DNA from: Okamejei kenojei
Lineage: Eukaryota
Assembly: GCA_035221665.1 (NCBI GenBank)
Contig: CM069135.1
Coordinates: forward strand, 39,742,001-39,806,000
Length of the DNA: 64,000 nucleotides
Direction: 5' to 3'
Under the pieces are notes generated by a model. It ran no database searches. It saw nothing but the letters and a program-made list of their open reading frames with translations, and was not told where the DNA came from. This document shows, in pieces, positions 36,892-48,870 of the stretch. Made by a program: the position numbers and the translations under genes. Position 1 is the first letter of the stretch. Each line of letters begins with the position of its first letter.

Positions 36892-39800
36892 TCATAGAAA
36901 ATAGGTGCAGGAGTAGGCCATTCGGCCCTTCAAGCCTGCACTGCCATTCAATATGATCATGGCTGATCATCCAACACAGTATCCTGTACCTGCCTTCTCT
37001 CCATACCCCCTGATCCCTTTAGGCCACAAGGGCCACATCTAACTCCCTCTTAAATATAGCCGATGAACTGGCCTCTACTATCTTCTGTGGCAGAGAATTC
37101 CACAGACTCACCACTCTCTGTGTGAAAAATGATCTTCTCATCTCGGTCCCAAAAGACTTCCCCCTTATCCTTAAACTGTGACCCCTTGTCCTGGACTTCC
37201 CCAACATTGGGAACAATCTTCCTGCATCTAGCCTGTCCAACCCCTTAAGAATTTTGTAAGTTTCTATAAGATCCCCTCTCAATCTCCTAAATTCAGAGAG
37301 TATAAACCGAGTCTATCCAGTCTTTCTTCATAAGACAGTCCTGACATCCCAGGAATCAGTCTGGTGAACCTTCTCTGCACTCCCTCTATGGCAATAATGT
37401 CCTTCCTCAGATTTGGAGACCAAAACTGTACGCAATACTCCAGGTGTGGCCTCACCAAAACCCTGTACAACTGCAGTAGAACCTCCCTGCTCTTGTACTC
37501 AAATCCTTTTGCTATGAATGCCAACATACCATTCGCTTTCTTCACAGCCTGCTGCACCTGCATGCCTACTTTCAATGACTGGTGTACCATGACACCCAGG
37601 TCTCGTTGCATCTCCCCTTTTCCTAATCGGCCACCATTCATATAATAATCTACCCTCCTGTGGATAACCTCACATTTATCCACATTATACTACATCTGCC
37701 ATGCATTTGCCCACTCACCCAACCTATCCAAGTCACCTTGCAGCCTCCTAGCATCCTCCTCACAGCTAACGCTGTCCCCCAGCTTCGTGTCATCCGCAAA
37801 CTTGGAGATGTTGCATTCAATTCCCTCATCCAGATCATTAATATATATTGTAAATAGCTGGGGTCCCAGCACTGAGCCCTGCGGTACCCCACTAGTCACA
37901 GCCTGCCATTCTGAAAAGGACCCGTTTACTCCTACTCTTTGCTTCCTGTCTGCTAGCCAGTTCTCTATCCACATCAATACCGAACCCCCAATACCGTGTG
38001 ATTTAAGTTTGTATGCTAATCTCTTATGTGGGACCTTGTCGAAAGCCTTCTGTAAGTCCAGATATAACACATCCACAGGTTCTCCTTTATCCACTCTACT
38101 AGTTACATCCTCGAAAAATTTTAAAGGATTCGTCAGACATGATTTAACTTTCATAAATCCATGCTGACTTTGTCAAATGATTTTACTGCTATCCCATCTT
38201 TAATAACTGACTAGCATTTTCCCCACTACCGATGTTAGACTAACTGGTCTGTAATTCCCCGTTTTCTCTCTCCCTCCCTTTTTTAAAAGTGGGGTTACAT
38301 TAGCTACCCTCCAATCCTCAGGAACTACTCCAGAATCTAAAGAGTTTTGAGAAATTATCACTAATGCATCCACTATTTCTGGGGCTACTTCTTTAAGTAC
38401 TCTGGGATGCAGCCTATCTGGCCCTGGGGATTTATCGGCCTTTAATCCATTCAATTTACCTAACATCACTTCCTGGCTAACCTGGATTTCACTCAGTTCC
38501 TCCATCTCATTTGACCCCCGGTCCCCTGCTATTTCCGGCAGATTATTTATGTCTTCCTTAGTGAAGACAGAACCAAAGTAGTTATTCAATTGGTCTGCCA
38601 TGTCCTTGTTCCCCATGATCAATTCACCAGTTTCTGACTGCAAGGGAACTACGTTTGTTTTAACTAACCTTTTTCTCTTCACATATCTATAAAAACTTTT
38701 GCAGTACGTTTTTATGTTCCCTGTTTTCTTTCATAATCTATTTTCCCTTTCCTAATTAAGCCCTTTGTCCTCCTCTGTTGGACTCTGAATTTCTCCCAGT
38801 CCTCTGGTAGGCTGCTTTCTCTGGCTAATTTGTATGCTTCATCATTTGCTTTGATACTATCCCTGATTTCCCTTGTTATCCATGGCTGCACTACCTTCCC
38901 TGATTTATTCTTTTGCCATACTGGGATGAACAATTGTTGTAGTTCATCCATGCAGTCTTTAAATGCCTTCCATTGCATATCCACCGTCAACCCTTTAAGA
39001 ATCACTTTCCAGTCTATCTTGGCCAATTCACGTCTCATACCCTCAAAGTTACCTTTCTTTAAGTTCAGAACCCTTGTTTCTGAATTAACAATGTCACTCT
39101 CCATCCTAATGAAGAACTCAACCATATTATGGTCACTCTTGCCCAAGGGGCCATGCACAACAAGACTGCTAACTAACCCTTCCTCATTACTCAGTACCCA
39201 GTCTAGAATAGCCTGCTCTCTCGTTGGTTCCTCTACATGTTGGTTTAGAAAACTATCCCGTATACATTCCAAGAAATCCTCTTCCTCAGCACCCCTGCCA
39301 ATTTGATTCACCCAATCTATATGTAGATTGAAGTCACCCATTATAACTGTTTTACCTTTGTTGCACGCATTTCTAATTTCATGTTTGATGCCATCCCCAA
39401 CTCCACTACTACTGTTAGGTGGCCCTTTACACAACTCATACTAGCGTTTTCTGCCCTTTAGTGTTTCGCAGCTCTACCCATATCGATTCCACATCCTCCA
39501 AGCTAATGTCCTTCCTTTCTATTGCGTTAATCTCCTCTCTAACCAGCAACACTACTCCACCTCCTTTTCCTTTCTGTCCATCCCTCCTGAATATTGAATA
39601 TCCCTGGATATTCAGCTCCCAGCCTTGGTCACCCTGGAGCCATGTCTCCGTGATCCCAAGTATATCATATTCATTAATAACTATCTGCACATTCAACTCG
39701 TCCACCTTATTACGAATGCTCCTTGCATTAAGACACAAAGACTTCAGGCTTGTTTTTTACAATACTCTTACCCCTTATACAATTACGTTGAAAAGTGGCC

Positions 39801-41111
39801 CTTTTTGATTTTTGCCCTGGATTTTTTTTGCCTGCCACTTTTACTTTTCACCTTGCTACCTATTGCTTCTACCCTCATTTTACATCCCTCTGTCTCTCTG
39901 CTCATGCTCCATCTCCCTGCCACATTAGTTTAAATCCTCCCTGACAGCACTAGCAAACACTCCCCCAAGGACATTGGTTCCCTTCAAGCCCAGGTGCAGA
40001 CCGTCCTGTTTGTACTGGTCCCACCTCCCCCTTGCACCATTTTTCAAGCCACATGCTCATCTGCCATATCCTCCTATTTCTACTCTGACTAGCACGTGGC
40101 ACTGGTAGGAGTCCAGAGATTATTACCTTTGAGGTCCTACTTTTAAGTTTATCTCCTAGCTCCCTAAATTCGCCTTGTAGGACCTCATCCTGTTTTTTAC
40201 CTATATCGTTGGTGCCAATGTGCACCACGACAGCTGGCTGTTCACCCTCCCCCTCCAGAATGTTCTGCAGCCGTTCAGTGACATCCCTGACCCTTGCACC
40301 AGGGAGGCAACATACCATCCTGGAGTCTCGTTTGCGGCCGCAGAAACGCCTATGTGTTCCCCTTACTATTGAATCCCCTATTACAATAGCCCTTCCACTC
40401 TTTTTTCTCCCCTCCTGTGCCGCAGAGCCACCAATGGTGCCATGAACTTGGCTGCTGCTGCCTTCCCCTGATGAGCCATCTCCCCCAACAGTATCCAAAA
40501 TGGTATATCTGTTTAGGAGGGAGATGACCGCAGGAGACTCCTGCACCACCTGCCTACTGCTACGCTGGCTAATGGCCACCCGTTCCCTTTCTGTCCACTT
40601 AACTTGTGGTGTGACCAACTCGCTGTATGTGCTATTCACGAGCTTCTCAGCATCGTGGATGCTCCAGTATGAATCCAACCGCAGCTCCAATCATTCAATG
40701 CGGTCTGCCAGGAGCTTCAGCTGGACACACTTCCTGCAAACGTAATCACCAGGGACACCAACCATATCCCTGATCTCCCACATGTTGAAGGATGAGCAAA
40801 CCATGGGGCCGATCTCAAATGACATGGTTTGCCCCCAAATTAAATCAACTCACACTATAAAAATCTTAATCCTTTAAACTAACCTTTACTGAAAAGCACT
40901 GAGCCCTTAGCGCAAACCAGGGGTTGCACCCAATCAGCTGCTTCCACCAATCAGTGGCTTCCACCTGAACACTTGTGTGGAATGTTACAGGTTTGGGTCC
41001 TCCTCTTGCTCCAATGGCTCCTGGGCCTCTGTTAAAACAAAGCCCCACGCTTGATTTTTAAACTCACCGCCTGGAGACTCCTCCTCTTGCTCCAACGGCT
41101 CCTGGGCCTCT
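36892..41111 (-). mobile_element. Full-length CR1 LINE (5'UTR repeats, ORF1, ORF2, tail) with several frameshifts
   Basis: ORF1 39950-~40800 (Cys motifs, GDSIVR, HIGTND); ORF2 ~37019-39740 (CLNARS, ITETWL, GDFN, SDH, QGSVLGP, FADD); CATAGAAA tail. Confidence 0.95.
39950..40800 (-). pseudogene. CR1 ORF1p (zinc finger, coiled coil, SGNH esterase)
   Basis: AIVIGDSIVRG...CLPGAR...VVVHIGTNDIG...ISGLLPVP. Confidence 0.9.
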
Positions 41112-42385
41112 AATAAACTACCCAAGCGAAATATGAGGTGCTGTTCCTCCAATTTGCACTGGACCTCACTCTGACAATGGAGGAGACACAAGACAGAAAG
41201 GTCAGATTGGGATTGGGAGGGGGACTTGAAGTGCTGGGCTACCAGGAGATCAGATGGGTTAAGACGGACTGAGCAGAGGTGTTCAGTGAAACGATCACCG
41301 AGCCTGCACTCACCAATATAGAGAAGTTGACACCTGGAACAGCGGATGCACTAGTTGAGGTTGGAGGAGGTACAAATGAGTCTCTGCTTCACCTGGAAAG
41401 ACTGTTTAGACCTTTGGATGGAGTCGAGGGGGGAGGTAAAGAGACAGGTGGTTTGGATGGGAAGGGACTAGTTGACCAGGGTGTTATGGAGGGAACAGCC
41501 TCAGCGGAAAGCAGAAAGGGGTGGAGATGGGAAGATGTGGCCAGTAATGAAATCCCGTAGGAGGTGGTGGAAATGTTGGAGGTTTATATGCTGTATGCAA
41601 CGGCTGATGGGGTGGAAAGTGAGGACAAGAGGGACTGTGTCCTTATTACGAATGGGGGGGATGGGGAGTAAGAGCGGTGCTGCGGGATATCGAGGAGAAC
41701 CCAGTGAGAGCCTCAGCTATAATGGAAGAAGGGAACCCCACCCAGTTCCCTAAAGAATGAGGACATCTCTGATGCCCTGGTATGGAACACCTCATCCTTG
41801 GCGCAGATGCGGTGTAGACGGAGGAATTGGGAGTAAGGGATAGAGTATTTACAGGAAGCAGGGTGGGAAGACGTGTTGTCAAAATAGCTATGGGAGTCAG
41901 TTGGTTTGTAGTAAATGTCAGTCAATAGTCTGTTGCCTGTGATGGAGACGGTGAGATCTAGAAACGGTAGGGAGATGTCAGAGATTGTCCAAGCGAATTT
42001 GAGCGCAGGATGGAAATTTGTGGTGATGTTGATGAAGACAGTGAGTTCTGCTTGTGTGCAGGAGGTAGCACCAATGCAATTGTCAATGTAGTGGAGGTAG
42101 AGTTCGGGGACGGGGAGTGTTCGATGTACCCTACAAAGAGACGGGCATAGCTGGGGCCCATGCCAGTGCCCATCGGGGCTCGTGATTAAGGGGCTATCAC
42201 TTAAACTGATGTGCATTGACTCTTCTTGTAGAGGTTGATGAATCACTAGGATTCTCTACCCCAGAAGCTACACTGGAGGTACTTTAAGAGGAAGATGGAT
42301 GTTTTGTTTGAAAAATCACAGAACTGTGAGCCATGGAAAATTGACAAGGAAAGTGGAGATGAGGCCTGGGGTGTAACAACCACAA

Positions 42386-44155
42386 TGTGGTGCCACCCGG
42401 TGGTTAGACCACCTGTCTTCGAACCCTTGGTAGTCGGGGGTGGGGTCAAGTGACTGGGTGAAGGCGGGAAGCAGTTGTCACAAGGTTTAGTGATGTGCCC
42501 TAGTAAAAGTATGGAGACCAGGGTCAACCCTCCCCCATTCGCATGTGTGTTGATCTCTTTACCTGAGCAATAAAGTTCTCTTTTGTTTTTGCCACGCGTG
42601 GCTCGTTTATTCGCCCACCATATTGGTGACCCCGACGATCCATTTTGCATTTCATACATGTTCACAGCCAACGACCAACCTCAACAGCCCGATGTTGCCG
42701 ACATGGCAGCCCTGCGGGTGCTACTGTCCTGCGTGTCTCCACTGGTCAACTGCGGCCTATTGTTCTGGCTGCCTGGCGCCGGCGGGTGTTTGCCGTCCTC
42801 CACGGGTTGACGCACTCTTCCATCCGGTCCATGATTGCGCTGGTGGCGGCCCATTTCATGTGGCATGGTTTGCGCAAGCAGGTTGGTAACTGGGCCCGGG
42901 CGTGTGTCCAGCAGTCCAAGGTCCAGCGGCACGTCCGGGCACCTGTTCAGGTGTTTGCCGTGTCACATCAATGGTTTGATCACGTGGATATCGTGGGTCC
43001 GCTGCCTCTGTCCCGGGTCGTCACGCATCTCCTCACGTTGGTGGATCGTTTTACGCGGTGGCCAGAAGCTGTTCCGCTGACCGATACCTCTGCTGCGTCC
43101 TGTGCCTGTGCCCTTGCTGCCCATTGGATTGCTCGTTTCCGTGTGCCTGTGGACATTTCCTCGGACCGGGAGCCTCGGTTCACTTCTGAGTTATGGTCGG
43201 CTATGGCTCGCCTGTTGGGGGTTCAGTTCCACCATACTACGGGCCTACCATCCCCAGTCGAATGGTTTGGTGGAGCGCTTTCACCGGCATTTGATGACCG
43301 CCCTCCAGGCACCACTTACCGGGCCAGAGTGGATGGACGTTACCTTGGGTGTTGCTGGGAATCTGCACTGCCCCAAGGAGGATTTGGCTTCCTCATCGAC
43401 GGAGTTGGTGTTTGGTGCTCCGCTTGCGGCTCCGGGGGATTTTGTTCCGGGTTGCAGGAACCGCCTTCCTCGGTGTTGGTTTGCGGCAGAAGGTGGGCAT
43501 GCTTGCTCTGGTTCCGACGTCTCGCCTTCGCACAGTCCAGCTGCTCCTCAGGATTGTGCTTTTGTGTTCCTGCGCTGTGACGCGCATCGCACGCTGCTGC
43601 AGCAGCCTTGCAAGGGGCTCTTCCATGTGCTGCAGAGGGGTCTTCCGACTTTTGTTTCAGACATGAGGTGACTGACATGAGACTGTGTCGGTGGCTGGGT
43701 TGAAGCCTGCTCATGTCGACCTGATTCAAGCTGTATTGGGGCCCTGCCTCGTCGTCGGGGGCGTCCGAGGTCCTGCCCGCTCCCGCCTTCACCTACCTCG
43801 GGGGAGTCCCCTGTGTGGGGGGGGGGGGGAGGAGGAATGTGTGTTCGAGGTCCGGCCGCCTCGTTCGTCAACCCTTTTGGTTTCGTGCTTCGGGTTCTGG
43901 GGGGGGTGGGGGGAGATCCTGCGGCGCCACCCGGTGGTTAGGCCACTTTTATTTGAACCCTTGGCAGTCGGGGGTAGGGTAACGTGACTGGGTAATGGTG
44001 GGAAGCAGTTGTCACGAGGTTCAGGGGTGTGCCCTAGTATAAGTATGGAGGCCTGGGTCAGCCCTTCCCCCATTCGCTTGTCTGCTAATCTCTTTACCGG
44101 AGCATAAAGTTCTCTTTGTTTTCACCACGCGTGGCTCATTTATTCGCCCACCATA
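42386..44155 (+). mobile_element. Integrase-only Gypsy LTR element (CsRN1-like lineage)
   Basis: LTRs 42386-42622 and 43920-44155 (about 85-90% identical by eye); 4-bp TSD ACAA; PBS TGGTGACCCCGACG (tRNA-Trp); G-rich PPT; HVDIVGPLP, DRFTRWPEA, SDR, YHPQSNGLVERFHR. Inserted into an old CR1 tail. Confidence 0.92.
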
Positions 44156-45578
44156 ACAATCTCATTGAATAGCAGGCCAGGCTTGAGAGGCGGAGTGGCT
44201 TTCTCCTGCTCTGACTCTCTTGTGTTGTGATAAGGTTCACGGATAAGAGAGGTTATGTAATTGTATGAAAGGGCAAGTGTCAAGGCTTTTAAAATTTACG
44301 AGAGGACACCCTTTTTCCGACAGGTTTACGAGATTTAATTATAATTCCTTTCAATCTTGTGTATTTGTTTTCATGTGTATTAAATTATTTCAACTATTGT
44401 ATTACATCTCCTTATGTTACTGTGCCAAGGCTGCGAAGGAAATAATAATAAGCTACACTGGGCATTCAACTTTCTGGGGGTCTGATGCATACTTCTTTTC
44501 TCCAAGCGGTGACTTCAGAGACAACATTAAATAGCTCCAGTGCACCTGGTGACACTCTCGTGACCAGCGTCGTGCAGCAGAGAATGTGTAGAGATACAGC
44601 CAGTGGATGTTGAGGCAGGAAGGTATTTCAACTGCTCATCATCTCACATGTCATGTCCCGAGGACCCTCTTGGATCAACTGATACGCAATACCACGTCAG
44701 CTGTTAATGGAAAATGATGCCATTGTGACATTTTCATAGTTTCCCACTCATCGCTTGGGCATTTATGGATGACGCAGACTAAGATTTATTTAGAGTTTAT
44801 GTGCTCGCTGATACACATTGATCACCATTTTGACTAACTGGTTACTCTGCCATGGATTTGGGTACTAACTACTTGTGACCTGAAGGGTAATGCAGTCACA
44901 AAATGTCCCTTTCAGAGGACATTCAGAGAAAATGTCCCTTTCAGAGTAGCAACCTGCATGCTCCTGAGATCAAAAGTACAATCCACTACAATCCGTTACT
45001 TCACAATGTTCTTGTTCTTCACATAGGCTACCATGAAAATGTTATAGTCCTTGATGCACTGACTATGCAAAAATGTATTTTTCAGAGGCTACATGCTGTG
45101 ACAGCTTTATGAATGTTATACATCTTCCTACCTTGGATTGGCTTAGATGTGCACCAAGAACTTTACTGTCAGATATTCATAATGCAGTCCCAATAGGATT
45201 AGTTTTCCAAGGAACCTCGAATAACCTGTAAATTCATTTGATTAGCAGGAAAAGAAATATGATTGCTTGAGAATGGTCTTTAAACCAGATCAATCGTTGC
45301 TTATCCTGTTCTAGCCTGGCAATAACTGCATCGCTTCCTTAAGTGTTTCTCATGATTCGCCTTGATGTCGGGTGGTTAATTGTTTTTAAAAAAAAAGACG
45401 GCGATCTTTTAGGGAAAGCGCTCTCATTGCTGTTTTGATGGTGTTGGATTCCTTGTTAACAAAACCTTTTCATAATTGGTCAATGTGCCTTCAAAGATGC
45501 ATGTTCCTCTGCACCCAGCTACCTTGATCTGCCCCAATAGTCTTTTAACCCTTTCAGACAGCCACTTGTAAAGTAGCA

Positions 45579-45668
45579 TCTGAAGAAGGGTCTTGGCCCA
45601 AAATGTCACCCATTCCTTCTCTCCAGAGATGCTGCCTGTCCTGCTGAGTTACTCCAGCTTTTTGTGTC
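45579..45668 (+). mobile_element. Isolated PLE terminal repeat with hammerhead-like motif
   Basis: CTGAAGAAGGGTCTTGGCCCAAAATGTCACC...GCTGAGTTACTCCAGC. Confidence 0.8.
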
Positions 45669-46254
45669 CATCATCGCTTGTAAAGTAACATGCTTTGAAG
45701 TTTATGTTGTGTTAACTCAAACTAAAATCATAGTTAGAGGTTTTGTGGGACCAAGCACGGCCAGTGTGGCACTGAGGTATTGCTGCCAAAGTAGCAAAGT
45801 CTCTATTCCCTGGTTTTGCTGCGAGGAGGCACTCTTTCATCTGCTGCTAGTGTTTTTAATGGAAAATGTAGCTCTGCCTGAGAATCAATTTGGCTTTCAT
45901 TTGCCCATTGGAAATCACTAAAATGTGCTGCACAGCCATATGTAGTTCCAATGGGACATATTCCAGAAAAGAGTTGTGTGAGTGGAATGGCCTCTGACTC
46001 AAGGTGTCTCCATTTATGAGGCATGTGGTCTTCCTGCCATGGAATGGCCCACTTAGAGCTGTGTAGTTCCTGATCCCCTTCCACTCCGGGACCCGTTTCC
46101 TTCTCGACCTACTTCCCTTCCTGAACTGGTCGCTCAGTTAAGGGGCTGTTGTGCGGGATGGAGCCGACTGCCCCATATTACACAGAGCTGCTTGGGGTGT
46201 ACTACACTGTGTCCCCAGGTCGACGTGGACTGTGGAGTCTCCTCTTATGATATA

Positions 46255-46650
46255 CTATAAAACTTTATTTATCCCAGGAGGGAAATTGATCTGCCAACAG
46301 TCATAAAACACAAGCTACATGAAATTAAAATAACGAGTGGAAAGGATTGGGGATGTGAAAAGATTTTGGGGGGGGAGAGAGAGAGATCAGTCTATCCCAC
46401 GACAGAAGGGGGAGGAGTTGTACAGTTTGATCGCCACAGGGAAGAATGATCTCCTGTGGCATTCTGTGCTGCATCTTGGTGGAACCACTCTGTTCCTGAA
46501 GGTACACCTTGGGTTGACTAGTGTGTCATGGAGGGGGTGAGCTGCATTGTCCAAGATGCTCCGCAGTTTGAGGAGCATCCTCCCCTCCAAGACCACCTCC
46601 CATGAATCCAACTCTGCCCCCAGGACAGAGCCAGCCTTCCTGATGAGTCT
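46255..46650 (-). mobile_element. Rex1/Babar LINE 3' end
   Basis: LIRKAGSVLG...SILDNAAHPLH...RRSFFPVAIKLYN; tail GGGATAAATAAAGTT. Confidence 0.9.
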
Positions 46651-46799
46651 TGGGGAAATACAGTGACTTGGTCCACTGTACTGCTGGGGTGCCATAGTGT
46701 TCATCATAGTGATACTCTGCAGGGGTTCATGGGAGACACATTGGTGTGGGAAGCCATTAAAGGAGAGGGCAGGCGCTATCACCCAAGGTCAAACCCTCA

Positions 46800-47430
46800 C
46801 GGCTGTGCTATCCATGAAAGACTGAGAGCACAGTAAAGAGAACCTGCCAAATGAAGGAGCCATATGAGCTTCCTGGACCCCTGCCATTGACTTTGAGAAC
46901 ATTCCTTGCATGGTCACAATGACATACACGTTGAAATAGGAGCCTTGCAATTCGAGAAGCATTTAGAGTTTTAAAGGAGAGCCCAGGCACCATCTACTGC
47001 AGCCTAGGTTTTAGGAAGTCGCAAGTGTTTGCTCGTCCACAGGCTTGCTGACAAAGGAGGAAGGTCGCTTCTTGACAATACGAGGATCAGCAACTTCCCC
47101 AAATGCTGCAGCGGCAATACACTATCAGATTTGGCGTAGTCGGCCAAAGCTGCCAACGATAATCCCAGACATTATGACGTTAATCGTGAAAGTGACTTGT
47201 GGGAAGAGCAGACTGGGACATGGGGATAAAGCTCAGGGGCTGACTGTGAAATGTCACACATCTCTGAATGTGAACTCTCAAAGCATCCGTTCCCTGGGAA
47301 GATTGAGACGGGTGTCCATGAGTGCGTGCGAGCATGATCCCTCCACAGTCTTCAATGATTTAATTGCATTGCATCCTCCTGGGTTTACAAACTTTTTTCC
47401 AGATATCAGCAATGCCTGGCTGTAGCACTC
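46800..47430 (-). mobile_element. Old LINE endonuclease remnant (RTE-like)
   Basis: Degenerate RIARLLFQR (compare LRIAGSWFQR) and LMDTRL segments; heavily eroded. Confidence 0.35.
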
Positions 47431-47689
47431 TCTTCAAGTGCCGCCACTGGAGTCACCCAGAAATAGTTTCCTTCTGTCAAATTCCCAGCCACAGTCAATT
47501 CAAGTGGCTATTGTGAATAGAAATAATTTTCAGCCTTTGAATATATCCTCCAGTGAGATCTGCGTCAGCACACCGTAGTTTAAAGTTTCAATGGGAGTGG
47601 CCCTCCAAATAGCATTGTTAACATTAAATTGCACCATAGAGACCTGCTGGGCAATTGACTGCTGCATGATAATTGTTACTTGGACCAGT

Positions 47690-48870
47690 GATAGTTATAC
47701 AGCATGGAAACAGACCCTTTGGCCCCAAATTGTCCATGCTACCCAAGGTGCTCAATCTAAGCTAGCCTATTTGCCTGTGTTTGGCCCATATATATTCCTC
47801 TAAAACATTCCAATCCATCTACCTGTCCAAACGTTTATTAAATGTTAGTATTGAACCTGCCTCGATTACTTTGTCTGGCAGCTCTTTTCAGATAATCCCC
47901 ATCGATGGTGTGAAAAAGTTGCCTCTTAGCTTCCTACCAAATCTTTCCCGTCTCGCCCTATACCTATGTCCTCTTCGTCTTGATTCCCATATTCTAGGAA
48001 AAAGATCCATTCCCCATGTGATTGTATATACCTCTATAAGGTCAGCACTCTGCCTCCATGCTCCAAGGAGTAAAGTCCAAGCCTGCTCATCTCTCCCTAA
48101 AGGTCAGGTCCTCGAGTCCTGGCTCAATATTGTTGTAAATTTTCTCTGCATTTTTTTTTCAACTGGCAGCTTTCCTATAGCAAACTGTGACCCAAACTGT
48201 AACATAATGTCCGTATACCCAGCTCCTTGACTGATGAAGGCCAGCGTGCCAAAATTCGTCTTCACCACCCTATCTACATTTTGCGCCGCTTTCAGGGAAC
48301 AATATATTTGTACTCTAAGATCTCTCTGCTCTATAACACTCCCAAGGGCCCTACCATTCACTGTTTGGGTCCTGTGAATACAACACCTCACACGTAATTG
48401 AATTAAGCTTAGTTTGCGATTCTTCGGACCTCTTGCTCAACTGATTAAGATCCCACTGTAATTCTTCATAAAGTTATTCACTGTTTGATGCCACCTATTT
48501 TTGTGTCATCTGCAAGTGTACTAATCATGCCTGGTGCCTTCTCGTCAAAATTGTTGATATAGATGACAAACAATATTGGTCCCAGTGCCAATCCCTGAGG
48601 CGCACCACTAGTCACAGGGTTCCTCTGTAATAAGCAATCTTTCACCACCACAATCTGCTTCCTACCATGAAGCCCATTCAGTATCCAGTTAGCTCGCTCT
48701 CCCTGGATCCCATGCAATCTACCTTTTCGGAGCAGATTATGTGGAACCTTATCAAAGGCCTTGCTGGTCTATTTAGACCCATCTAAGTGACCCATCTCAT
48801 CAACTTTCTTTGTTATTTCTTTTATAAAGCTGAATGAAATTTGTGGGACACTATCTCCCACACACTAAAC
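47690..48870 (-). mobile_element. Older CR1 RT fragment
   Basis: [24 protein letters not shown] motifs; continues for a few bases after 50943. Confidence 0.85.

Larger units (their letters stand above)
36745..42172 (-). mobile_element. Penelope-like element split by a full-length CR1 (parts 36745-36891 and 41113-42172)
   Basis: CTGGGGTGTAA|ACTACCCAAGCG is contiguous in the 19.2-kb PLE; MGTGMGPSYA, YIDN, DIYYKPTDSH, SIPYSQFLRL. Confidence 0.9.

Noticed and set aside
44500-44705. Exon-like CpG-containing segment
   Set aside because: Splice-like signals on both strands but no frame stays open to a good donor.
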